From: Candidatus Uhrbacteria bacterium CG_4_9_14_3_um_filter_50_9
GTDB lineage: Bacteria > Patescibacteriota > Patescibacteriia > UBA9934 > GWF2-40-263
Direction: 5' to 3'
Assembly: GCA_002791295.1 (NCBI GenBank)
Contig: PFWU01000001.1
Span: forward strand, 1 to 51,852
Length of the DNA stretch: 51,852 bases
The position numbers were made by a program, and so were the translations under genes. Under the pieces are notes generated by a model, which saw only the letters and a list, made by a program, of their open reading frames with translations, did no database searches and was not told where the DNA came from. Shown piece after piece: positions 1 through 7,599 of the stretch (the first letter of the stretch is position 1; every line of letters begins with the position of its first letter).

Positions 1-681
1 GTAATTGAACTTATTGTGTCGAATCGGGCCAAGAAGTGCCAGGTGAACCTCAGCCATCAGATACTTGACTGCGATCTTCATTCTTCCATCCCGATCCATT
101 CGACGAATGGAGACGGGAATTCTCGTCTCCTTGAGAATACCGAATTGACCAATCTTGTTAAAACGTCGTGCGTAGTCATGGTCCTCACAAAATGTCACCC
201 CTTCATCAAACCCATTGATTTGATTATGGAGATCCCGACGGACAAGCATGCAGAAACCTGGTGCATGGGGAAAGAGAGATCCCCAAGCTCTCACATAGGT
301 ATTGTACGCCTTGTGCATGAAGTGATCGACAAACGCATCTGAAAGAGGAAAGACATCGCAGGTTGCCAAACCTAAATTGCGTTCAAGCATCTCTCCAACA
401 GCCCGTTCTAAAAATTGAGGATCACGCAACTCAACATCGGCATCAAGAAACAATAACAGGTCTGTGGAGGCAGCTTCGGCGCCCCTATTTCTTCCTACAG
501 CGACAGCTCCTCCTTCCACCACACGTGCTTCAAATGCTTCGGCGATTTCACGTGTTCTATCTGTTGAACCAGCATCGGCTACGATCACCTCCCGTGGCTG
601 CAGTGTTTGATTCTGAATAGACTGTAACAAGACTGGAAGAAAGTCTTCTTCATTTTTTGTCGGAATAACAACCGTTAACAT
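1..681 (-). CDS. Glycosyltransferase family 2 (first 227 codons; ORF runs off the left window edge)
   Basis: Own reverse-strand translation from ATG 681: MLTVVIPTKNEEDFLPVLLQSIQNQTLQPREVIVADAGSTDRT...LLLFLDADVEL (GT-A/GT2 signatures VVIPTxNE, DxGSTD, DxD). Open to position 1, so absent from the ORF track. The + ORFs 16-342 and 363-620 are antisense shadows. Confidence 0.75.
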   Translation of the reverse strand, partial: MLTVVIPTKNEEDFLPVLLQSIQNQTLQPREVIVADAGSTDRTREIAEAFEARVVEGGAVAVGRNRGAEAASTDLLLFLDADVELRDPQFLERAVGEMLERNLGLATCDVFPLSDAFVDHFMHKAYNTYVRAWGSLFPHAPGFCMLVRRDLHNQINGFDEGVTFCEDHDYARRFNKIGQFGILKETRIPVSIRRMDRDGRMKIAVKYLMAEVHLALLGPIRHNKFNY

Positions 682-689
682 ACCCCCTC

Positions 690-718
690 AGTTTACCGTT
701 TCTCTCGCCCTTGAGCAA
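690..718 (-). promoter_or_regulatory. Backbone promoter TTGCTC-17-TAAACT, 8 nt before the GT2 ATG (681)
   Basis: rc of 713-718 and of 690-695. No SD in the 8-nt gap. Confidence 0.5.
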
Positions 719-727
719 CCGCCTCCC

Positions 728-756
728 TTGAATGTTTCCCTCTTTTCAGCTAGTCT
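728..756 (+). promoter_or_regulatory. Backbone promoter TTGAAT-17-TAGTCT, 9 nt before ATG 766
   Basis: TTGAAT 728-733, TAGTCT 751-756, gap tcgggcgtt. Confidence 0.55.
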
Positions 757-765
757 TCGGGCGTT

Positions 766-1890
766 ATGAAATCACTTTGTCCAAACAAAGAAATGTGTGG
801 CTCATGCGGTTGGTCACATATCCCCTACGAAAAACAATTACAGCAGAAACTCTCTGATATCAACGGATCTTTTGCGCTCAAGAAACTTGACTTGGTGTGT
901 GAGGAAATTGTGACCTCACCCAAAAAAGAGCACTACCGCAATCGAATGGATTTTGTGATTGATTTTGAGGGTCGTGTCGGCATGCGACAAAAAGGAAAAT
1001 GGTGGAAAGTCATTGACGATCACACTTGTTTTTTGGCCGATGAAGAAATCGAACGTCTCTTTCACCTTGTGCGAGACTGGACAAAAACATCTGGTCTGAC
1101 GTTTTTCGATCGCAAGGCACACACAGGTCTTCTGCGTTATGCGGTTATTCGTGTCACAAAAAAGGGTGAAAGCATGATTAACATCATCACCAGTGTTCCA
1201 GAAGATGTGAATGCTCTCAAAACAGCGCTCAAGGATCTTTTCGAACAGACAAACTGCACCACACTTATCTGGTCAGAGAACAGCACGGTCAGCGACGTCA
1301 GTTATGGGGATCGGTTAGAAACGATTACTGGGGATGGGGTCATTGAAGAAGCGATCGGGGGGCACCTGTATCGCATTAGTCCAAACGCCTTCTTTCAAAC
1401 AAACTCCTATGGAGCAGAAGAACTGTTAGCAACGGTGGAGGAATTTTGTGGAGATCTTTCTGACAAGCACCTCTTGGACCTCTACTGTGGCTCTGGCTTT
1501 TTCTCAATTGCCCTTGCAGCGTCCGCGCGAAAGACCACAGGGGTTGAGATGGTCCCTGAAGCGATTCAGGATGCAAAACTGAATGCTGAACTCAATCAAG
1601 TTACGGTCGATTTCCACGACGCAAAGACAGAGGAGTTCGACTGGAAATCTCTAGGCGCTGACGTGGTGATCTTAGACCCACCAAGAAGTGGTATGCATGA
1701 TAAGGCGCTTGCAGATGTCATTACCGCTTTACCACAAGAGATCGTCTATGTCTCTTGCAACTACAAAAATTTCGCTCGAGAGATGGTAGAATTAGTGAAG
1801 TACTATGACGTAGAAGCCATGCGGGCCGTTGACCTGTTCCCTCACACCCCGCATGTCGAGTTGGTTACTCATCTTGTAAAGCGCATATGA
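766..1890 (+). CDS. SAM-dependent RNA (uracil-5)-methyltransferase, RlmC/RlmD-TrmA family
   Basis: N-terminal Cys cluster CPNKEMCGSCGW, FFQTN, DLYCGSGFFS (SAM motif I), DPPRSG, VYVSCN. Confidence 0.85.
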   Translation: MKSLCPNKEMCGSCGWSHIPYEKQLQQKLSDINGSFALKKLDLVCEEIVTSPKKEHYRNRMDFVIDFEGRVGMRQKGKWWKVIDDHTCFLADEEIERLFHLVRDWTKTSGLTFFDRKAHTGLLRYAVIRVTKKGESMINIITSVPEDVNALKTALKDLFEQTNCTTLIWSENSTVSDVSYGDRLETITGDGVIEEAIGGHLYRISPNAFFQTNSYGAEELLATVEEFCGDLSDKHLLDLYCGSGFFSIALAASARKTTGVEMVPEAIQDAKLNAELNQVTVDFHDAKTEEFDWKSLGADVVILDPPRSGMHDKALADVITALPQEIVYVSCNYKNFAREMVELVKYYDVEAMRAVDLFPHTPHVELVTHLVKRI

Positions 1891-2735
1891 AATCAGGATT
1901 TGTTGTGATGATTGGTCGATCGAATGTGGGAAAATCCACGCTCATGAACACGATTATCGGTTCAAAGATCGCCATTACCACCCCCAAGCCACAAACAACT
2001 CGTATGCCCATCCAGGGTATTTTAAACCGTGACGGCGCACAGATTGTGTTTGTGGATACCCCTGGGGTTCTTAAAGGAGCCAAGGATACCCTTTCAAAAA
2101 AACTTTCTGAAGCCGTGAAAGCTTCTCTGCATGACGTAGACGTCATTGTCTATGTTGTCGACCCAACACGGGACATTGGGGATGAGGAAAAATCCGTCGC
2201 ACGCATGATCCGAGACCTGAAACAACCAAAGATCTTGGTCATTAACAAAATTGATCTTCCCCGAAAGCCATTTATCGACTTTTACCGAGACATGGGTGAG
2301 GACTTTGATGATGTGGTCGAGGTCTCAGCGCTCGAAGGAACACATGTTGGAGGGCTCATCGAGCACATCATTGAGCGCATGCCTGAGGGTGAAGCCTATT
2401 ACCCGATAGGACAACTCACCAACATGCCAAACAAATTTTGGCTTGCTGAACTTATTCGTGAAAAACTCTTTCTCCGCCTGCGACAAGAACTTCCCTACAC
2501 CATCCACGTGGAGGTGACGGAACTGGAACGTCGGAACAATGGCACGATCTACATTGCCGCAACAATCTTCACCACAGAAGAACGTTACAAACGGATGATC
2601 ATTGGCCAGGGAGGACGAGGAATCAAGGAAATCGGCCAATCCACCCGACGTGAGCTCGAGCTCGTCATGCAAACAAAGGTCTTTCTCGACATGACCGTAG
2701 ACGTAGACCCCCACTGGATGCAACGATTTGAATAA
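1887..2735 (+). CDS. era: GTPase Era
   Basis: GRSNVGKST (G1), DTPG, NKID, C-terminal KH-like region. ATGA overlap with the upstream gene. Confidence 0.92.
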   Translation: MKSGFVVMIGRSNVGKSTLMNTIIGSKIAITTPKPQTTRMPIQGILNRDGAQIVFVDTPGVLKGAKDTLSKKLSEAVKASLHDVDVIVYVVDPTRDIGDEEKSVARMIRDLKQPKILVINKIDLPRKPFIDFYRDMGEDFDDVVEVSALEGTHVGGLIEHIIERMPEGEAYYPIGQLTNMPNKFWLAELIREKLFLRLRQELPYTIHVEVTELERRNNGTIYIAATIFTTEERYKRMIIGQGGRGIKEIGQSTRRELELVMQTKVFLDMTVDVDPHWMQRFE

Positions 2736-2746
2736 GGAATAAGCTG

Positions 2747-2787
2747 AAAAAAGAGATCCCAATGGGGCTGTCCCAAGGGTCTCTTTT
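2747..2787 (+). terminator. era terminator
   Basis: AAAAGAGA(T)CCC ... GGGTCTCTTTT with inner GGG/CCC hairpin. Confidence 0.6.
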
Positions 2788-2790
2788 GCA

Positions 2791-2819
2791 TTGACACTAC
2801 GCGTTCAATCCTCTAGGAT
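2791..2819 (+). promoter_or_regulatory. Cassette 1 promoter TTGACA-17-TAGGAT
   Basis: TTGACA 2791-2796, 17-nt spacer, TAGGAT 2814-2819. Confidence 0.6.
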
Positions 2820-2848
2820 CAGGAGCTCGCAACCCTTTGGAGGAAGGC

Positions 2849-3421
2849 GTGAAACAACAGGAACTGTTCAGTGCTCTCGAATGCATCTGGTCCTTCGTCG
2901 ACGACAAAAACGGCAATGGATGGGGTGAAGACGAACAGAATGCCATCTCTGTCATTCGTGCACAGATGGAAGGACTACCTGATTCGTCCATTGAAGCCAA
3001 TTACGAACTTGAACTGAAGCGACCTGGCGACAAGATCACTGGACATGCTCCGAACATTGGCCAGGTTACGATCCGCGATCGAGACAAGATATTGAAGAAA
3101 CGTTCGGAAGGAGAAGCGCAGGGAAGTGTCTACGAGGCCATTGGTCATTGGCGTGTCAGCCGACATGAAATGACCGTTGTGCGTTTCAGGCACTTCTGGT
3201 CAGGTGGCACTTCACGTGGGAATAAACAGCCCATGGGGTTGTTTATCAAATTCTATTCGAATGAGTCCGAGTGGCCCATCACGCTCTACCGTGATGTCGC
3301 TCTGAGACTCCCTGGCTTTCGCGTAAGTACTCAGGTGCCCATCTGGACATCTGCCTCGTTTGCCTGGTACGAGCGCATCATGATCTGGCTCTGGAACCGG
3401 ACCAACATACACCAGTCATAA
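2849..3421 (+). CDS. GC-rich cassette 1: hypothetical protein (190 aa), no recognisable motif
   Basis: GTG 2849 lies 4 nt after GGAGGA 2839-2844 (ORF track starts at TTG 2837). Own promoter and terminator. GC-rich, with spurious antisense ORFs piled on it. Confidence 0.6.
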   Translation: MKQQELFSALECIWSFVDDKNGNGWGEDEQNAISVIRAQMEGLPDSSIEANYELELKRPGDKITGHAPNIGQVTIRDRDKILKKRSEGEAQGSVYEAIGHWRVSRHEMTVVRFRHFWSGGTSRGNKQPMGLFIKFYSNESEWPITLYRDVALRLPGFRVSTQVPIWTSASFAWYERIMIWLWNRTNIHQS

Positions 3422-3446
3422 AGCATCCATACGGGATGCTTTTCTC
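3422..3446 (+). terminator. Cassette 1 terminator
   Basis: AGCATCC-atacg-GGATGCT then TTTCTC, starting right after the stop codon. Confidence 0.65.
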
Positions 3447-3462
3447 ATTTCTACAGCCCAAC

Positions 3463-4443
3463 CTACTCGACTGATGTTTTGTGTATTTGAGTGACTTCGT
3501 AGCCAGAGAAGCCTTCTGCTAAATTTGTTGGGCTCAGCCCCTTAAGACTCCCCTCTGCAAGTGGTGTGAGTTTAATTTCTAGGATCAGCGGGTTGTCTCT
3601 ATTAGCGAGAATAGTGTAGGACGCAAAACTATTTTTTGCTTCGATGGTTTGTACCGTGGTGCGCACATCATCAACCATGAGTGTGTACTGACCAAAGTCA
3701 CCACTTGCTTCGATTTGTGTGAGGTCTTTCTCCTCCTCTAAAACTTCTTCTTCATCCGTGGGTTCTGTTTCATCCCCTCCCCCTGTCAGAGGAGCAATAA
3801 ATGCGTTTATGGCATCAAGGTAACCCTGTGCATCGTCAGAAACATTCTCGAGCGTTGACAATGATTCATCAAATAATCCAAGGCTCACATGTGTTTTCCT
3901 GGTGTTCACAAGCTCATCATACTGCTCAACGGAAAACCAAATGAGAGATGAATCTTCCACAATCCCCCCATCTCCCTCTGTCCACAGCTCAGGAATGGTC
4001 ACCACATGCGCATCTGCCAGTGACTCGGACTGAATCGATCCACGGATAACACGTTCTTCGTAACGAGGCTCAGGTGCCTCGGGAATTTCGACCCCAATGG
4101 GCGTCTCTGCATACTCAGCCTCGTACGCTTCTCGTGCGGCAATAGATTCCTCAGTCTCTACATCTGTCGTGATCGTCCACTCAAGACCAACCGAGACGTT
4201 TGGCATAAACGATGTCACGGAAAGCACGCGCTCATCCGCTTCCCCACCGAGCCAGTTCACCAATTGTCCTCCTACACCCAAGACCGTTGGCCTCAGAACA
4301 ATCTCATTGTAAACAGAAAGAGAAAGCGATGCGGCCGCTTCCTCTACCGATAACGTTGAGACCTCCACGGTTTGACAACCCACCCCAACGAGGAGTAACC
4401 CCGCTAAAAAAATGAGTAATGATTGGCTCAATCGTCTTGTCAT
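3463..4443 (-). CDS. Acidic secreted protein or lipoprotein, function unknown
   Basis: Start taken at MTRRLSQSLLIFLAGLLLVGVGCQ (signal peptide with a lipobox-like VGC). The ORF track extends to 4473. Confidence 0.6.
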   Translation of the reverse strand: MTRRLSQSLLIFLAGLLLVGVGCQTVEVSTLSVEEAAASLSLSVYNEIVLRPTVLGVGGQLVNWLGGEADERVLSVTSFMPNVSVGLEWTITTDVETEESIAAREAYEAEYAETPIGVEIPEAPEPRYEERVIRGSIQSESLADAHVVTIPELWTEGDGGIVEDSSLIWFSVEQYDELVNTRKTHVSLGLFDESLSTLENVSDDAQGYLDAINAFIAPLTGGGDETEPTDEEEVLEEEKDLTQIEASGDFGQYTLMVDDVRTTVQTIEAKNSFASYTILANRDNPLILEIKLTPLAEGSLKGLSPTNLAEGFSGYEVTQIHKTSVE

Positions 4444-4466
4444 AAATGTATTTAGAAAGACTGAGG

Positions 4467-4520
4467 AAAACAACTTTGAGTCGGCTCAGTGAGAAACGGT
4501 CGATCTCATAAGTTCGTTTG
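4467..4520 (-). repeat. Copy 1 of a ~55-nt conserved structured intergenic element
   Basis: Minus-sense CAAACGAACTTATGAGATCGACCGTTTCTCACTGAGCCGACTCAAAGTTGTTTT. About 44 of ~54 positions are identical to copy 2, and the differences fall in the predicted loops. Confidence 0.7.
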
Positions 4521-4545
4521 CCGAAGTTCTTTCGATCACCAGAGA

Positions 4546-4809
4546 CTATGAAAGTTTTTCTCCTGCTGCCCACTTCTGTAATGTTTCCTCTGATGTTGCG
4601 CCACAGATCCATTCACCGGACTCATCGTTGAGGAAAAATGGCACCCCTCCGCACTTTCCTCCATCAGCGGTCTCTAGCTGTTTTGCGTTCACGTCATTGT
4701 GCCAGGTTTCTAGTTTTTCAATCTTTTTTCCTTCCTCGATTATTTTATCCACAAGTGGCATCATGTCGTGACAATGTGGACACTCCTCACCGTAGTAAAA
4801 ATACAGCAT
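4546..4809 (-). CDS. Thioredoxin-fold small redox protein (glutaredoxin/NrdH-like)
   Basis: 87 aa with a CPHC active-site motif near the N-terminus (MLYFYYGEECPHCHDM). Confidence 0.7.
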   Translation of the reverse strand: MLYFYYGEECPHCHDMMPLVDKIIEEGKKIEKLETWHNDVNAKQLETADGGKCGGVPFFLNDESGEWICGATSEETLQKWAAGEKLS

Positions 4810-4815
4810 AACTTC

Positions 4816-4838
4816 ATTTTAAGAATCTCTGCTACAAT
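4816..4838. promoter_or_regulatory. Divergent -10 boxes: TAAAAT (minus, 6 nt before ATG 4809) and TGcTACAAT (plus, 6 nt before ATG 4845)
   Basis: rc of 4816-4821 = TAAAAT. TACAAT 4833-4838 is preceded by TGc (extended -10). No clear -35 elements. Confidence 0.45.
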
Positions 4839-4844
4839 TCTACC

Positions 4845-5426
4845 ATGTTTAAACTGCTTGGATCTATTCTTGTGGTCATCATTTTCAGCCTGCTCATTTG
4901 GCAACGTTTTGATGTTCCCCCTTCGCTTGAGGCTATGGTAACCGCCGTCGAGGGATCATCCACATACGAAATTGGGGATGACTTAAAGCGTGGAATCATT
5001 ATTTCAACACAAGAGGAATATCTACTCGTTCAACTTGGTGATGCGTATCAACTCGCTCTGGACAGAAGAACTCAAGTGGAACTCGAAGATCTCACACTCG
5101 GGGAACCAACCATCAGACTTCAGAAGGGTCGCATTCAGATCACCTCATCTGGATCTCCAATTTGGATCACGACCAATCAAAGCGAGAGTACCCTCGCAGG
5201 CGGCACAGCAACGCTTGTAAACTATGATTTTTTAGAAGAGGTCCATATCATTCCGCTTGAAGGCTCTATCCAAGTACACATCAAAAAAACAGGAGAATAC
5301 CTCAGTACCCCAGTGCCGATAGGAGTCCATGAGGGTTACGACGTTTCGTATGAGCGGATTGATCCAACACTCGACTCTGAATCCACTCGCCCGTTCTACG
5401 TATGGGTCGAACAGATGATCCAATAG
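4845..5426 (+). CDS. Membrane-anchored hypothetical protein
   Basis: N-terminal TM helix (LLGSILVVIIFSLLIW) followed by a beta-rich domain. Backbone composition. Confidence 0.55.
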   Translation: MFKLLGSILVVIIFSLLIWQRFDVPPSLEAMVTAVEGSSTYEIGDDLKRGIIISTQEEYLLVQLGDAYQLALDRRTQVELEDLTLGEPTIRLQKGRIQITSSGSPIWITTNQSESTLAGGTATLVNYDFLEEVHIIPLEGSIQVHIKKTGEYLSTPVPIGVHEGYDVSYERIDPTLDSESTRPFYVWVEQMIQ

Positions 5427-5429
5427 TCC

Positions 5430-5452
5430 ACACCCGCTCAGCGGGTGTTTTT
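5430..5452 (+). terminator. Terminator of gene 4845-5426
   Basis: ACACCCGC-tca-GCGGGTGT then TTTT. Confidence 0.65.
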
Positions 5453-5479
5453 GACGCTCATCGTTTCTTCTGTTAAGTT
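5451..5479 (+). promoter_or_regulatory. Cassette 2 promoter TTGACG-17-TAAGTT
   Basis: TTGACG 5451-5456 (shares Ts with the upstream terminator T-tract), TAAGTT 5474-5479. Confidence 0.6.
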
Positions 5480-5498
5480 CAACGTCTGGAGGTTCCTA

Positions 5499-6392
5499 GT
5501 GCACATTCACGTCACACCAAAGCTCGAGGACGCCATCGTCCTTCTCGAAGGCACGTCGTCGGACTGTCTGATCTCACTCGTCCCTGAGGACGAACTCATG
5601 CGCCGGGCCGCAAGGATCACCGCAGGTGCCTTCGACTTCGACGGCACCCTGACCACCGGCAGCCAATGGCGTGCCATCGATGATCTCATGCCAGAAGTGC
5701 TCAGAGAGCTGGGCAGTCAGAACCGTGACTGGTACTGGTCCCACTTGCACAAGATCGGTAACCTGCCCGCAAGCGTGCTGGATCCCGATTGGTTCCATTC
5801 GGATCTGCACGAAGGCAACCAGAAGGTTGCCGAAGGAGCCTGGATCGCCGAGACGATCTCGCTCTACCGGCAGGCCGGCCTGACCAGAAGGGACATCGAG
5901 GATGTCTGGTTGGCACTTCCACAGCGCGAAGGAGCCTGCGATCTCCTGGAGCTCGTCGATCCACGGGTCGTCATCAGCTTCGGTGTTGAGCAGGTCATCC
6001 TCTCCTGGCTCCAGAATCTGCAGGTCGTGGACACGGCCGTGGCAGCCTTGCGACTGAAGTTCAATGAGGAGGGTGTCGTCTCCGGCTGCCACATCAACCT
6101 CGTGGTCAGTGAGACCAAGCAATTCGCTGCCGATCGCTTTCGTCAGATCACTGGTGTAGCAGAGGACCAACTCCTCGTGGTCGGTGACTCGGTCGTGGAC
6201 GTGCACATGATGCACCCGAGAGGATTCAACATTCTCATCGTGCCGAGGGCAGAGGCAGACAAGAAACTTGCAGGCTTCCGCACCAACGGCATCGGGGTCA
6301 TGTGGGATCGCCTCACAGCCATCCTCGTCTCGGACAGTCTCCAGCCGCTCGTGGAACTCATCGAGCGTGCCCGAGCCACACACGCAACGTAA
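5499..6392 (+). CDS. GC-rich cassette 2: HAD-superfamily phosphatase-like protein
   Basis: GTG 5499 lies 6 nt after GGAGG 5488-5492. HAD motif I FDFDGTLT and motif IV-like VVGDSVVD. The ORF track starts upstream at 5445, inside the promoter. Confidence 0.7.
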   Translation: MHIHVTPKLEDAIVLLEGTSSDCLISLVPEDELMRRAARITAGAFDFDGTLTTGSQWRAIDDLMPEVLRELGSQNRDWYWSHLHKIGNLPASVLDPDWFHSDLHEGNQKVAEGAWIAETISLYRQAGLTRRDIEDVWLALPQREGACDLLELVDPRVVISFGVEQVILSWLQNLQVVDTAVAALRLKFNEEGVVSGCHINLVVSETKQFAADRFRQITGVAEDQLLVVGDSVVDVHMMHPRGFNILIVPRAEADKKLAGFRTNGIGVMWDRLTAILVSDSLQPLVELIERARATHAT

Positions 6393-6418
6393 AAACCCGC
6401 GAAACGCGCGGGTTTTCT
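6393..6418 (+). terminator. Cassette 2 terminator
   Basis: AAACCCGCG-aaacg-CGCGGGTTT then TCT. Confidence 0.7.
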
Positions 6419-6442
6419 GATTGTCCACACTTTGATTTGACT

Positions 6443-7525
6443 TTAGTCGATGATCCCTCCGCCGAGTACGTGGTCCTCATCATAGAAGACAATGGACTGT
6501 CCTGGTGTGATGGCTCGTTGAGGTTCTTTAAATGCGACCGAGACGACTCCGTTTTCAATCGATTCTATCGTGCATGTTTGTGACTTCTGGCGATAACGGA
6601 TGCGCGCCTCGCACGTGTGCGGAGCGGTCGGTTCACTAAACCAGTTGAGCTGACGTGCTGTGAGGCGATCGTTAAACAGGGCTGGGTGGTGATTACTCGC
6701 AACGACGAGTTCGTTTGTCTCAAGCCGTTTCTCTACGATATACCGAGGAGGGCCACCACCAACGGCCAGTCCATGACGTTGCCCAATGGTATAAAATGCA
6801 AGTCCCTCGTGCTCACCAATGACTTCCCCCTCAACCGTCACAATCGAGCCTGGGGTCTTCGGAAGTCGCTCCTGTAAAAACTTACGCATGTCCACTTCCC
6901 CAACGAAACAGATGCCTGTGCTGTCCTTCTTGTTGGCAACGTCTAATCCAAGCTCTGTGGCCTTGCTGCGCACGTCGGGCTTCTTCATTTCACCAATTGG
7001 AAATAATACGCGCGGAAGAACCTCGGGGGGCATGGCCCACAGAAAGTAACTCTGATCTTTGTTGTCATCAAGACCTGTGTAGAGCTGACCGTCCTCGACG
7101 CGAGCATAGTGTCCCGTTGCTACGAAATCACATTTGAGTCGATCGGCCTCACGCACAAACCGATCAAACTTGATGTACTTATTGCACATGATGTCCGGGT
7201 TCGGTGTCCGCCCTGCCTCTGACTCACGAAAGAGATACTCCACAACATCACGACGATAATCCTCTTCAAAATCAAACGTCACAAATGGAATCCCGAGCTT
7301 GGCAGCGACACGTGCGGCATCCCGTCGTTCTTCTTTCCATCCACATTCCTCAAACGCATCCCCAACGGTTTCTTCATCTGTCTTGCGTGGCCCACAGACA
7401 GATCCAGACCAATTTTTCATGAACGCCCCAATCACCTCATACCCTTGTTCAACCAAAAGAGCTGCGGACACAGATGAGTCCACCCCTCCAGACATTCCTA
7501 TTAAGACTTTGCCCTTGGTTTCCAT
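6443..7525 (-). CDS. mnmA: tRNA 2-thiouridine(34) synthase
   Basis: PP-loop GMSGGVDSS; full-length family-typical sequence. Confidence 0.92.
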   Translation of the reverse strand: METKGKVLIGMSGGVDSSVSAALLVEQGYEVIGAFMKNWSGSVCGPRKTDEETVGDAFEECGWKEERRDAARVAAKLGIPFVTFDFEEDYRRDVVEYLFRESEAGRTPNPDIMCNKYIKFDRFVREADRLKCDFVATGHYARVEDGQLYTGLDDNKDQSYFLWAMPPEVLPRVLFPIGEMKKPDVRSKATELGLDVANKKDSTGICFVGEVDMRKFLQERLPKTPGSIVTVEGEVIGEHEGLAFYTIGQRHGLAVGGGPPRYIVEKRLETNELVVASNHHPALFNDRLTARQLNWFSEPTAPHTCEARIRYRQKSQTCTIESIENGVVSVAFKEPQRAITPGQSIVFYDEDHVLGGGIID

Positions 7526-7534
7526 AAGGAGCAG

Positions 7535-7562
7535 AGTATAGCGGAATAAAGGTAAAAATCAA
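7535..7562 (-). promoter_or_regulatory. Backbone promoter TTGATT-16-TATACT, 9 nt before mnmA ATG 7525
   Basis: rc of 7557-7562 and of 7535-7540. Confidence 0.55.
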
Positions 7563-7565
7563 GGA

Positions 7566-7599
7566 AACAAAGAAACTGTCCTGAGACAGTTTCTTTGTT
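7566..7599 (-). terminator. Terminator of the HD-hydrolase operon
   Basis: 15-bp stem AACAAAGAAACTGTC / GACAGTTTCTTTGTT, loop ctga. Overlaps the stop codon. Confidence 0.65.

Noticed and set aside
16-620. Two plus-strand ORFs (108 and 85 aa) at the left edge.
   Set aside because: The minus strand encodes a clear GT2 glycosyltransferase from ATG 681 to the window edge. The plus ORFs are its shadows.
5574-6428. 284-aa minus-strand ORF, nearly as long as the plus-strand gene.
   Set aside because: It is the antisense shadow of GC-rich cassette 2. The plus frame has HAD motifs, a promoter, an SD and a terminator. The minus frame has none and runs through the terminator.
5426-6430. 8-bp direct repeat GTCCACAC flanking cassette 2, considered as a possible target-site duplication.
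   Set aside because: I found no comparable flanking repeats at the other nine cassettes, and one 8-mer pair in ~1 kb can be chance. It is kept only as a note in the cassette 2 finding.
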